This document shows, one piece after another, positions 1 through 15,198 of a stretch of 64,000 nucleotides of DNA. This stretch comes from Guillardia theta CCMP2712. Lineage: Eukaryota; Protista; Cryptophyta. The stretch is from NCBI RefSeq assembly GCF_000315625.1, contig NW_005434637.1, positions 122,671 through 186,670 on the forward strand, given 5' to 3'. The notes below the pieces were generated by a model. That model made no database searches. It was not told the DNA's origin and worked only from the letters and a program-made list of their open reading frames with translations. How positions within the stretch are numbered: position 1 is the stretch's first letter; each line of letters opens with the position of its first letter. The position numbers and the translations under genes are program-made.

Positions 1-981
1 GGTGAAGAGAGAGAAGAAGCAAGAAGGGGGAAGAGGAGGAGGAGCCTGACCCATCTTGCCGAGATACAAGGAGCCCATAGCCCAAGCAGCCAGGCAGCTG
101 ATCCTCTTGTCCTGGAAGAGATGCTCCGCTAGCCATGCTCCCACCGCACTGCACGGAGATCAGGACCCCCCTCCTCCTCCTCCTCCTCTTCGTTCTCCTC
201 CTCCTCTCTGTCCCTCCTTCTCTTCATCCTCGCCATTTCCTGTCCATCCCTCGCTCCCTCCCCTAGTCTCCCTCCGCTCTTCGTTGAGCGCACCTGGAGA
301 AGAGCACGAGAAAGGAAGGATAGATCCCCTTGAACTGGCAGTGGAGCTGAAGCTCGAGGACGGTAACGCCAACAGCATGGAGGATGAGGAGGAGGCCGTT
401 GAGCAGCTGGTTCTTGCTGACAGCGACGAAGCCGGGGATGAGGAGAGATACCACGATGACGACGATGAGAACCTGGAGGAGAAGAGCGAGCATGAGCAGG
501 AGGACAAGGAAAACTTCAGGATATCGGGCGAGGAAAGGACGGTAGGAGGAGGAGCGGGAAAGACACGAATAGGAAGGGGGAGAGGGAAAGGGGAAAGGAA
601 ACGGCAAGAGCAAAGCCGAACGGAAAGGGGGGAAGGAGTGATGAAAATTTACGGGAAGGTGGGAAGGGAAGGAGGAGCATGTACGGGGTTCACGGGAACA
701 GGAGGCGAGGACAGGGAAGGCCAACGAGCAGGCAGGAGGGAGCAGGAAGCCAGGGAGGAGCGAGGCATCTCACCATGCAAACATGCTTGAGGGACATGGG
801 CAGCGGGTGGAATTCGAAGTCGAGGAAGAAGAAAGTTTTCACGACGAACATGGAGATTATGATCCCGCTTGCCACCACAAAGGAGAGATAATCCTGCAGA
901 CTGAAACATCCCCACCATCAGCTTCCTTCCTCTCCCTCCCTCCCTCCCTCCCTCCCCTTCTCTCTGGTTCCACCGCCCCGT

Positions 982-1037
<56 letters not shown>

Positions 1038-1218
1038 CAGGTCCTTTCTTTTCACTTACTGTCTCTTGTAGTAGAACCGAACCCAGAAGAATCCTCCCAG
1101 CGCTGCCACCGGCATGGCAAACCTGCAAAGGAGATAAGTCCTTGTAGCCACTCCTGTTCCACCCATCCTCCTGTCGCCGCTCTCTCCCTTCGCTCCTGCT
1201 CCGCTTCTTCCTCTATTC

Positions 1219-1278
<60 letters not shown>

Positions 1279-3428
1279 CTCTCTTCAACGCTTTCCTTTA
1301 TCATCCTCATCATTCTCGCCGTCTTCGTCCTCATCGTCTCCTCTGACTCACCATGGCATTCCCAGCGCCAAGCAGCCGCTCACAGCAACTCCGACCGCCA
1401 TGATCGAGAGGAGGATCATGGCTCCTGCTGACTCCAAGTACCCAGCAAAGTGCGCGAGAACCTGGAAGGTTAAGGATGAGAGTAGAAGAAGAACCGTGTG
1501 AATGTAAGAAACAGGAGCTGGAGGCAGCACACAAAAGAAGGAAGACGGGAAGAAGGAGGGGAGCGGAGAAGGGAAGATTACGATGAAGGCGAAGAGGTAG
1601 ACGGCAACGGTGACAGCAATGAAGTTCCAGGGAGGAGCGAGTTTGATGTACTGGTTGAGAGAGTGAAAGATCACCCTTATCTGAGAAACAAGAACATCAG
1701 ATCTGAGCAAGGCATATTGAATGAACTTGCCTCAACACTCCCGACAACAATCAGAAAGATGACAGATTGAATAACCCTCCTTGTCCAGCTTATCTGTAAG
1801 AGATACATTCATCCCCATTGCCTCCTACTCCCCTCCCCATTGTCCTCCTCCTCCTCCTCATCCTTTCCCCACCATCTCCCAAAACTCTCCCTTTATGTCC
1901 CATTTTGCCAACCTGGTTGTTCGACATCCCACACCACCACATCGATCCCTGCGGTGAGTTGCTGACAACGACTCCGAGGGGAATGGAGACGAGGAGCAGG
2001 ATATCTTGAAGACACGATCTTCAGTGACAACTTACAAGCATCCACGTCAGCAGACCGGCAACGTCATCTCTCGATGCGATCAGGTGCGCGTGATGGATCG
2101 CGATCTTGAACATCACAGGCAGGAGGAGCTGAGGGTTGAACGTGAGAGGGGAAGCAGAGAGGTCGTCAACCACTGACGTATGCGAGCGTCTGAACTGCCG
2201 TCTCGTATCGTCCCAGCACCGTCTCGTCGAGATCCGTCATGGATGGGGTGATCGTTTTCGGCCTGTCAGGAAGAGACTGGGTAAGAGGACGAGGCGAGCA
2301 TGAAGGATGGCACAAGGGGAGGGAGAGGGGAGGAGGAAGAGAGGAGGAGGGGAGGAGGGGAAAATGAAGAGAGGGTGAATATGCATTTCAATCTGTGTTA
2401 CCTGTCCTTTCTTGGCATTCTGAACGAAGATCTCACCGGAAGCACCTATATAAGGATATCACGCATGAGACTTTCACATCCTCTCTCCACGTACAAACAG
2501 AAAGTAAGCAGCGGTCATAACTGCTAGCAACACGTATGGAGCAGCGGACATCCTGAAGAACAAGATCGAGTCAGCGGGGACACGATCGACGCATGCTCGG
2601 TGACGTTAAAAGCTCAAGATTCCCAGCAGCAGCACAAGACAGGCAGCAAGCTCTCACCCGTTCACTCCTATGATAGCCCATGTAATGATCACTGTCGGAG
2701 AGCAAGGAGTGATACAAAACAACATCCTGTAATGAAGATCAGAATAGCCATGCTGTCGAGTCGACTGTCACCTCTCGAACACGAGCACAAGTCGCGGCTG
2801 CTGCCTCTGCATGAACGAGAATTGCAAACTTGCCCAGATGCCTTTGAGAAATGTCAAGAAGAGAACAGGGTGAGATAGGAAAACCAAGGGATCCGGAAGC
2901 AATGAGCATGTTATATATGAGGGTGATGTTGAATGTGGTAACCTAACGAGGGTCTCAGTCAGACTGCCTACAAACAAACCCTCGAGTTGAGCACCAAGAA
3001 CAAGTGGATCGACGATATGAATAATGTGACAGCCTGCATTGCTATCAGATTTCGTGACAAACGTGATGGATTTACCATTGCAGCGATCGTAACCCAAACA
3101 GCTATGAATGTTGGTTCTTGATACCCCAGAAAATCAAGCATGTAGCAAATGATAGATCCCCCAATGACCGTTGCCAGCGTACTAGTATAAGAGTATCATC
3201 AGCTCGAGATCCTACCAAGACAGCGGGAAGAAGCAAGATTAAGCCGCGCAAAGGGGAGATGAGAAGCAGCATGGAGTGAGTACGGTACTCACGTTTTCCC
3301 TCCGTAAAGCAGGAGGATCGCGAGGGTAGGAACGAGAAACACAGCTGTGCGCATGTTGTATTCGAATTGGTTGAACTTGAAGAGGACTGCATCCTTCGGA
3401 ATGTCCGTCGGAGGCTCGTACCTGTCAT
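1..3428 (-). CDS. NEF1 (No Exine Formation 1)-like polytopic membrane protein; multi-exon, 3' end outside window, start uncertain
   Basis: Hand-spliced exons give QGSMWW...VIFLIVVGSVE|IRVIFHSLNQYIKLAPPWNFIAVT and GIYPSFLV, resembling plant NEF1 (RGALWW...LEIRVVFHSFGRYIQVPPPLNY). Many hydrophobic exons; GC-AG intron at 1681-1730. Confidence 0.7.
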
Positions 3429-4440
3429 GGAATGCCGGTCAAGCTTTCAAGTTTCGTCTCATGAAGAAACTCTCTTCCAACGGATTCAGAGTTCAACGTA
3501 ACGATCTCTTGGCATCGGTGTGATGCCTTCTACTATCTGTCTCCTCGAATCACTTCTCAACTCGTTTCTCATGCACCTCAAACAACTCTGATTATCCCCT
3601 GTCCCTCCTTCTCCCCCTTTCCGATGCTTCATTGACTTCCCCTCACGCTCCTCCTTCCTTGTTCGTCTTCCCCCTCCATGCTCCTCCTCTTCCTCTCCCT
3701 TCCCCGCCTCACCGCATTACCTGCTGCTCTCTTCCTCCTTGATTCTCCGCCGTGCTGCCATTACGTCACCCCGGAGTAACGGTTGGCAACGGTCAGATTT
3801 CCTGCAATCTCAAGTTCGTGGCCTAGCAGTAGCTGGGACACNNNNNNNNNNNNNNNNNNNNNNNNNNNNNNNNNNNNNNNNNNNNNNNNNNNNNNNNNNN
3901 NNNNNNNNNNNNNNNNNNNNNNNNNNNNNNNNNNNNNNNNNNNNNNNNNNNNNNNNNNNNNNNNNNNNNNNNNNNNNNNNNNNNNNNNNNNNNNNNNNNN
4001 NNNNNNNNNNNNNNNNNNNNNNNNNNNNNNNNNNNNNNNNNNNNNNNNNNNNNNNNNNNNNNNNNNNNNNNNNNNNNNNNNNNNNNNNNNNNNNNNNNNN
4101 NNNNNNNNNNNNNNNNNNNNNNNNNNNNNNNNNNNNNNNNNNNNNNNNNNNNNNNNNNNNNNNNNNNNNNNNNNNNNNNNNNNNNNNNNNNNNNNNNNNN
4201 NNNNNNNNNNNNNNNNNNNNNNNNNNNNNNNNNNNNNNNNNNNNNNNNNNNNNNNNNNNNNNNNNNNNNNNNNNNNNNNNNNNNNNNNNNNNNNNNNNNN
4301 NNNNNNNNNNNNNNNNNNNNNNNNNNNNNNNNNNNNNNNNNNNNNNNNNNNNNNNNNNNNNNNNNNNNNNNNNNNNNNNNNNNNNNGCTCCTGCTCCTCG
4401 CTCCTCGCTGCTTCTGCTCCTCCTCGCTCCTGCTCCTGCT

Positions 4441-4517
<77 letters not shown>

Positions 4518-4855
4518 GTCTATACCTTATATCTTCTCGTCTTGCCCCTCTTTCCTTCTTCCTCCCCTCGCATCATCATCCTCTCACACCCTCCTTCTTT
4601 CTCTTCATCCTTCACCCTCCTGCTCTCTTCGTTTCTTACTCAGCTTCTTTCGTGCATTTCTTTTCTCCTCTCCCTTGTTCAAGATCCATTTTCCCCTGAA
4701 TTCCCTGGTATAACATCCCGTCCTCCTTGACCTCCTTCTCTCAACCTCCTCATCCTGATGTTCCCTTGCTCTTGTTCGCCTTCCTTCCTCTGCCTCCCCC
4801 ATCCACGTGACCTATCATCTGCAATGCTGTTCTCTCGCAGCGCACTTGGAAAATT

Positions 4856-6632
4856 CATGACCATGTCAACAAGGGTCGCCACATGCTGCTTGTTCCTTCC
4901 GTGATCGACACTCCTTGACCTCGTCTGAGTTGACTCAACAGGAGATAGAATGACTCTGAACGAATCATTGAGGAGGAGCCTGAGGAATGCAGGAAAGAAG
5001 TGAGTGATTGCTTGAAATGTACATTCTACCTGACATATGTTCGAATCACCACATCAGGCCTGCCAAGTTCTATGCTGAGGACGATACGGAGGGGTTCAAT
5101 GCAATGGAAAAGTATCACATGACAGCTCGCGGGATTGTGTTTCTAGAGCAAATCACAGTAGAGCTTCAACAAGGAGAGGAAAATGCTCCGCTGGCGCGGT
5201 TCTGCACTTATGAAGACATCGAGGATACTTCAGAGAGGAATGACGACGAAACGATTTACATCTATGATGATGAGGTATTCCTCTTTCTCACAGCCTCTTC
5301 AGCTCTGTTCTCTACTCTTACCAAGGGATAACTTTGCCCTCAGGACCTCTACCGGCACTGTGATGTGCAGTCAAAGCCGAACGGAAGGAAGTACACTGCG
5401 CTGAACATCTTGTCGCCGATGGTTCAAGCTGAGTACGAGAAGGTGGCGAGAAGGTTCAGAAAGACAGGAAGAGACGTGGTGGAATGTATGAACATCGACG
5501 TGAAAGACTTGGAAAGGGGCGGGGAACACGACCTGATGACAATCCTGGAAAGGGTTCGTCAATGCAGTAAGGGACTGGTGAATCCGAAAATCTGCGTGAA
5601 AGAGATCTGCGATGTCGACCATCCAGCATTCAAGTCGCAGAATGTGCTGGGGGAGAGGGTGTTTGGGCTGTTTGCCAAGTGACCCTATTGATCTTGTCTT
5701 GGCAGTCACTGACTGTGTTGCAAGGGAGGACATAGCGCCGATGGAAGTGCTGGGGGAGTACGTCGGGGAAGTGATGATCGATGACAATCCTGATGAGGAC
5801 ATTGCAAAGTTAGCAAAGGAGGCAAACTACGACCTGAACCTGATGGAGTACTACGACGACTGCCCCCTCCCTCCCATGTACATCCGAGGGCGGAGGGTCG
5901 GGAATGAGATGACTTACGCAAACGACTTCCGCAACATTGCAGAGCAGGCGAACGCTCGGTACCTTCATGTGTGGATCAACGGTGATGGAGGAGGAGGAGT
6001 AGTAGTAGGAGTAGGAGTAGGAGGAGGAGTAGTAGGAGTAGGAGTAGGAGTAGGAGGAGGAGGAGGAGGAGGAGGAGGAGGAGGAGGGGGATGGGGGGGA
6101 TCTGACGTGGGTGCGAGCAGGTTGGCCCAGCATCGCCGTCCTCTCCTTGAGCTCCATCCGCAGGGGTCAGGAGATCGTCGTGGATTACGGGAAGGACTTC
6201 TGGTCCACGCGCGAACGAGCTGAGAAGGAGGGAAAATCTCCGACCCTGTCCACTCACACCACTCCCACGAGGAAGAGAGCTAGGAGCGATAGTCTTGATT
6301 CCAACAACCGGGAGGAGGATTGTTCGCAAGTCTCTGTGCTGCAGGAGCTGCGAAGGGATCATAACACTGCTGCTAAGGTCTGGACCAGCAAAGTGACAAG
6401 GAGAGGGGAGGAGGCAGAGGAGGCGTACAGGAGGCGTGTAGAGCCGCTGCTGCAAAAGGCTGCATGCGTGCTGAAGGTGCCAAGGGCAGCGGATCGCTGC
6501 TTCCGATCGCTCGTGAGGGAGGTGGAGGAAACGATCCAGCAACTATCACAGAAACTCTCGTCCTCCTCCGCTGACGTGCGGCAGCTCCATGAGCAGCTGG
6601 TTCGGCAATCGAAAATTTACATCTTGCGATGA
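4856..6632 (+). CDS. SET-domain protein (multi-exon; true start may lie in upstream gap)
   Basis: Motifs FGLFAK..EDIAPMEVLGEYVGEV, GNEMTYANDFR and IRRGQEIVVDYGKDFW across short introns. Confidence 0.8.
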
Positions 6633-6763
6633 CAACTAAGAAAAGACATGATCTCTGATATGAATAATCCCCTCGCTCCTCGCTCCTCGCTCCTCGCTCC
6701 CTCCTGATCGAACTACTGCGGGACAGTAGCGATGCCTGCAGCGACTCGCAGTTGCTTCCTCCC

Positions 6764-9668
<2,905 letters not shown>

Positions 9669-10357
9669 CATGCTGTCCCATGACCTCGTGTCTTCGTCCT
9701 GTCTTCCTTCTACCTCTCCCTCTCCTTCCCTCTCCCTCCTGCTCTCTCTCCCTCCTGCTCTCTCCCTCTCTCCCTCTCTTCTCCTCCCCTTCCTCCTCCT
9801 CTCTCCCTCGCTCGGATCTCGTCCTCCCTCCTTTCCTACCCGCAGCCTCCTCCTTGCCTGGATCCTGAGAGGTCACTGGGTGGGTACTTAGAAGGGAAAA
9901 GGAGGGGTACATAATCGAGTATCGACGCGATTCAGACTACAAACCCATTGGAAACGTTCATACGTCCACGTCTAATAGATAAACTTATGTCCACGTCTCT
10001 AATGAAACAATGAAAAGAGAGAAGAGAAGAGGTGAGAAGAGAAGAGACAAGGAGAGGAGAGACAAGGAGAGGAGAGAAGAAAAGAGGAGAGACGAGGAGA
10101 GGAGAGAAGAGAAGAGACGAGGAGAGGAGAGGAGAGGAGAGACGAGGAGAGGAGAGGAGAGGATAGAAGGGACGAGACTAGACGAGACGAGAAGAGGCGA
10201 GAAGAGACGAGACGAGACGAGACGAGATACAAAAAGGAGGGAACAACGGAGTGGTGAAAACAAGAGCTGGAGAAAAGATAAAAGTGTAATTTGCATTGAT
10301 TCGAATCGTTTTGATCTCATGCACAGTCAAACTTTCTACTAGCCTCAGGGAGGGCTT

Positions 10358-11461
10358 TCAAATCAGCTTCTTCTCGGCTTGGATGATGTACATGGGATCT
10401 GACGGGGGGGAGAAGATGCTCTTCTTCGGGGAGATATCGAATGCTTGAGCAGGGTTGAAGCCTCCAGCGTAGTGAAAGTACGAGCCGATGATAAAGATAT
10501 GCTCCAGGTCTGAGGAGTACAAGAAACATGATTCAGAGAAGAACGACTTGCTCATGCTCTCATCTCTCACCGTTCGTGTCCAGCCAGATTCTGATTGCCT
10601 TGCTGGGAAAACACCTGCGTGTGTGGTTGAGTGGGAGTGGGAGCGTTGAAGCAGAGCGAACCTGTTTGATTGGCTGATAATGAAACGTCCTCCCGGTCGG
10701 AGGACGCGAGACACTTCTTGGAAAATCTCCAAGGGCTTGATGAGGTAGTCCACACTCACCACGCATGTCACGACATCGAACGAGTTGTCCGGGAAGGGAA
10801 ACTTTGGGTTCTTGTTTAAGTTCTGCACGACGAACTCTGAGAGCTGCTCATTCTTCGACAGCTCAAACTGGTTCATCCCCAATCCTACCCTCTTTCCCAT
10901 CTTCTGCGGGAAGTCCTTGGGAAAATGAGATACCCAGCTCGAACAAATGTCCAGAATGTCGCTCTTCTCCGGTATAGTCTGTGATGTTCTTCATTCAGCC
11001 CACCTCGCCCAATATTCACAACTCATGTACCTTCGCATAATAATCTGTAAGCGCAGCGATGGCTTTATCATCGATATGGTACACCTGCAAGGGGACATGC
11101 ATCAGACAGTATCGTTGGGCATAATTTCACTTACCAGACGCGGAGTGTCATAGAAGTATTCATCCTCGCTCTCATCCGTTCTAGAAAAGTCCTTTGACGA
11201 GTATGGCCAAGACTGGGGCCATTTGGGATTCTTCAGGACGTCCTCCACAGACACCCTCTGACCAGACATGCTGAGTCCCCGCGCAAACCGTCCGGCCATA
11301 CCCTGTCTTCCAACAATCCTTCCCCCTTGGATGGAGGGAGACGCACTGAGAGCTCTGGCAGAAGGAAGAAAGCCGGGTTTCGAAGCGAGGAAGGCGGAAG
11401 ACAGCGGGAGGCTGGCGAAGATCAGCGCAGCACGAGTCGCCTGACGGGCGAGCGCAACCAT
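10358..11461 (-). CDS. SAM-dependent methyltransferase (type 11), probably plastid-targeted
   Basis: DFSRTDESEDEYFYDTPRL, DICSSWVSH, FPDNSFDVVTCVVSVDYLIKPLEIFQEVSRVLRPGG; leader ends in LSSA-F. Confidence 0.9.
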
Positions 11462-12319
11462 AGCGCGGTGCCTTATGACGTAGGGATCTTGACTTAATAC
11501 CCTCATTGTCAATGATGAGTGCCAGGATACTTCTTGTAGTCAACTGTACTATCAGTGCGGTCCGGCGTGGCCCGTGGTGCGACCGCCGGGCCCGGGGCCC
11601 GGTCGCCGGCTGGTAGCAGTGACGCCCGGCCGCCGCCGGGCGGTCTTCAAACCGGGGCCGCCGTTCGCTGAACGGTCCGTACCGTCAAAACGGCGTCAAT
11701 GAACTTCGGAATCCCCGGGCGGCCGAGTCCAAGGCGCCGCGGGCCCGCCGCCGGGCGCTCAGCGGCCCGGCCGCGGCAATAGGCCCCCTTAAAATATTAG
11801 CGGCCGGGCGGATTTCAGTAGCGTTCAGCTTATTTTTACTCAAAGTTAAGTTAAAAATCAGTACGAGCTGAGCCAGTCGGATGGCATCGGACAAGTTGAA
11901 AAATTCACTACAAGCCTGTAACGTATTGACTACAAGAAAGCACACCGTCCAAAAGAATTTGACTATAGGCGTTGAGGAGTTTCCATACGCGAAATCCAAT
12001 TGAATGGTTCCCAACGCCAGGGGCGGGAGGTGACAGAATCGGTGAGGAGGACGGTGTACAGGAGGAGACGAGCGTCCCCTGCGATTCTTTGTGAGCATCA
12101 GAACCATCAGGCAGTGTCTGCTGATTCGTGACAGAAGATCAAACGAGGTCGCCTTCAAACGACGTCAAAGCGGCCATTTTACTAGCGTCAGCCTGTCAGA
12201 TCGAGTGAGATTATATCCTTCGTGTTCGTGGAGGAGATCAACAAAACAATCTCGTCAAACACTGGATACAATTGACTGCTCGCTCGTCTTGGTGCAGGAA
12301 TGCAAGCCTGAGAGGGAAG

Positions 12320-13048
12320 ATGGGAACGAAGCAATCTAAGAGTACGTGCGTTTTTCCAGAGCCAGTCCCTCCACCGCAGCCGCACGATGGAGCGAGTGGC
12401 TTTCAAAGGGAGCCACAAAGGGCTCGAACACCTCGCACTAAACTGCATCAGTCATCTTCAAAGGGGGTGCAAAAAGTGAGTGATGAATCCATGGCCACAA
12501 AGCAGCCGATAGATTCGATGCAGAGAAGTCGCGGTTCGCACAGGGTACAACCCAACTTCAAAGACGACATTGACCCCTCCATAGCTGAACTGTCTCACGA
12601 TGAGGTTGCCAACGAGCTGAAGGCCTTATTCACTAACAGGAGTTCTATGGATGAAATCGAACAGGAACTAAGAGCGATGCGCTCAGGCGACGGCTGGGAT
12701 TTGAAGAACGGGGAAGTTCTTTTGGAAGCCATTCGCGCCCAGATAAAGACGAGCGAAAATTTCATGGATCAATGGCAAGCAGTGCTGGACCGAGAGCAGA
12801 TATCTGAAAGACTGCTCGCTATGAAGGATGGTATCAAGAGAATCCGCGAACAGGCTCAACTGAACTCATGCGACGACCTGTTGGACCAAATAGATGCGCT
12901 GATCAAGTCGAACAGCTCAGGTGTATCGCTGGAGCATGCTCAGAAAGAAAATCTCAGATGCACAAACAAAGATGACTCTCAAGCGCCCACCCGCCGGTCC
13001 TCCCGTCGAGTTCTCTGTGATGGCGTTCAGGAGATCAGGAACACGTGA
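12320..13048 (+). CDS. Hypothetical protein with possible N-myristoylation site (MGTKQS)
   Basis: Uninterrupted ~242-codon ORF of normal composition with a helical C-terminal half. Confidence 0.6.
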   Translation: MGTKQSKSTCVFPEPVPPPQPHDGASGFQREPQRARTPRTKLHQSSSKGVQKVSDESMATKQPIDSMQRSRGSHRVQPNFKDDIDPSIAELSHDEVANELKALFTNRSSMDEIEQELRAMRSGDGWDLKNGEVLLEAIRAQIKTSENFMDQWQAVLDREQISERLLAMKDGIKRIREQAQLNSCDDLLDQIDALIKSNSSGVSLEHAQKENLRCTNKDDSQAPTRRSSRRVLCDGVQEIRNT

Positions 13049-13347
13049 AGCAAACAGATTGAAGCAGAGTGCGGTTCCGGATATCTTGCTTCACAGAACT
13101 TGCGTATTATGTTTATCGGATGTAATTTCATGTCTGTGGTAATGTCATGCTAAGTGTTTGTTGGTTTATATATCAAAACGAAATGGGGGACAAGAAGGAA
13201 GTATTATGAATTAAATCATTAAAGATTTCCAAGGTTGAAAGGCACATCATCAAGAAAAATCTACAATCTGCTCTACCAAAAAATCAATTCAATCCTTGAA
13301 GATCGTACAAGAATACGAAACAGGGATCCACCAGTCAACCAAGCCAC

Positions 13348-13668
13348 TCAATTCCAGGCTCCCTTGTCGCTCATATTAAGTTCTTTCCTGCCGGAAGACG
13401 AGCCAGGCCTCTGAGGGGACAATGTTTGTTTGCTTCCTTGCACTCCTCTCATGTTGCTTTCAGCTGCGCGTCTTTCCGCCGCTGCTAGAGCGTTCTTCCT
13501 TCTCTCATCCGCATCTGGTTGATCATAGTTTTGTTGGGTTGCATACGTATTAGGTGCTCTTCCTCCAAGACCATCTTCTGCATCCGACTGAGTGTATCCA
13601 GATGTCGCTCCATGCCCCTGAAACTTACCGGATTTGCTTCCGAAGCATTTGCCAAAGCAAGTACCCAT
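13348..13668 (-). CDS. SVIP-like small VCP/p97-interacting protein
   Basis: MGTCFGKC acylation motif plus ERRKNALAAAERR (VIM-like) followed by RGV. Confidence 0.7.
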   Translation of the reverse strand: MGTCFGKCFGSKSGKFQGHGATSGYTQSDAEDGLGGRAPNTYATQQNYDQPDADERRKNALAAAERRAAESNMRGVQGSKQTLSPQRPGSSSGRKELNMSDKGAWN

Positions 13669-14582
13669 TTTAGTGCTGAAGAAAACTGCAATGAAGAATA
13701 GGCTGCTTTCACGCTGTTGCACTCAGTCAGTCTCGTGATGTTCAATCATTCAGATCAGTACATACCTGTTACAAGGCCTTCAAGGATGAGGCTGCGAGGG
13801 GTACAACTGCAACACTATTGACAGAAGGCGGGACGGCAGCTGATGCTCTTGAGGTACGATGAAAGCCTTGCAGAGCAAGAGAGAGATGTTCTAGGGAGAA
13901 AAGGAGGAGAGGATCAGAGTAGTTGAAAGGAGAAGAGGAGGAGGAGGAGATGAGCAGAGTAGTTGAAAGGAGAAGAGGAGGAGAAGAGGAGGAGAAGAGG
14001 GATCTGGTCTCCCAAGGTCAACAGGTGCGCTACCAGGTGTAGGAGCGATGAAGGGAGGAGGGTAGAATTATATGTTTTAGTTGATACTGGAATACGGTAC
14101 AAGAATCTATAAATATAACCTATCTATAGTCAAATAACATATTTTTAAAAATAATTTCATACAAATAGGTATAATTTCAATAGATTTCTCTATACTATTT
14201 TAAAAAACAATCATCCAAACATACGAGCAACATGTACAAAAGTATAAAACCTATGGTCAAATTTAGATAGTACTTCATCTCTCTATAACGAGTATGAAAA
14301 ACTTTTTGTAAGAGAATTTGCGCTATAAAATAAAAGTAATAATATTGGTCGATTGGGTCGGGCCCGGCACTGGGCCGCTAGTCACTCGCTGACCGTACGG
14401 CGCCGTGCTCGGAGGCCCCCCCCGCCGGGGCCCGGGCTCACTGAGGCGTGGGCGGGCCCAACCGTGACCGTCGGGTTTCAAGAGTCACACCAAGCCTTGA
14501 GTTTCGGAGCCGCCGCGAAGTATTCGCGGCGTCGAGTCGGGGACTCGGAGCCTGTCACAGTGTTGGCTGTGACGGCGACTCG

Positions 14583-15198
14583 AATGGCACTGTACTCCGT
14601 GGTCATCATTATCGTTGTTGCGGTTTGTATGCCTGCATGAACTTGGTCTTCCACTTCCCCTGCCTTGCTGTCTCGAACGCTCTTCTCTCTACCTCTCGCC
14701 GTTCCTTGTCAGCCGCTACGTTGTCCGACCAGGACGAGAAGCTGGCAAGAAGTGACTCTGTGAGCAGATGAAGAGCAAGCGGCAGAGACTTTCAGCTGAC
14801 ACGCACCAGGTTGCAAGCAGCACGTTGACCATCCTCATGGCGACCTGCGAGCGGCTCAGAGGGCGGGAGAAGCGGATGAATTAGTGGTGGGGACCTTTCT
14901 CTTGAGAGCTTTCAGTGGAAGGATGGAAGACGGGTCCTTAATTATCTGGTAGACGACCAGCACCGGTCAAGCTGGGGAGCGAGTTGGCTCGATAATTCAC
15001 CTTGTGCAGGGGGTTGCTCGAGTCAGTGAGCGCGAAGGAGGCGCTGGATACTTTGCTGGCTGTGATGTGGGAGAGCAGCTTCTGTCTCTGAGTGTTGGCG
15101 GCTCTCGTCAGCAGGAAGCGGGAGGAGCAAGGAGCATGTCGAAGTCACCGTCTCCTGTCGCAGTCGTGTTGAGTGCTGACGACGCGACGGCAGCTTGA
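14583..15198 (+). CDS. Possible small multi-exon hypothetical gene
   Basis: ATG plus hydrophobic MALYSVVIIIVVA then a GT donor downstream of a GC-rich island; downstream exon structure is ambiguous. Confidence 0.25.

Noticed and set aside
3739-4730. ORFs spanning N runs (also 32654-33833, 62207-63121)
   Set aside because: Their length is an artefact of assembly gaps.
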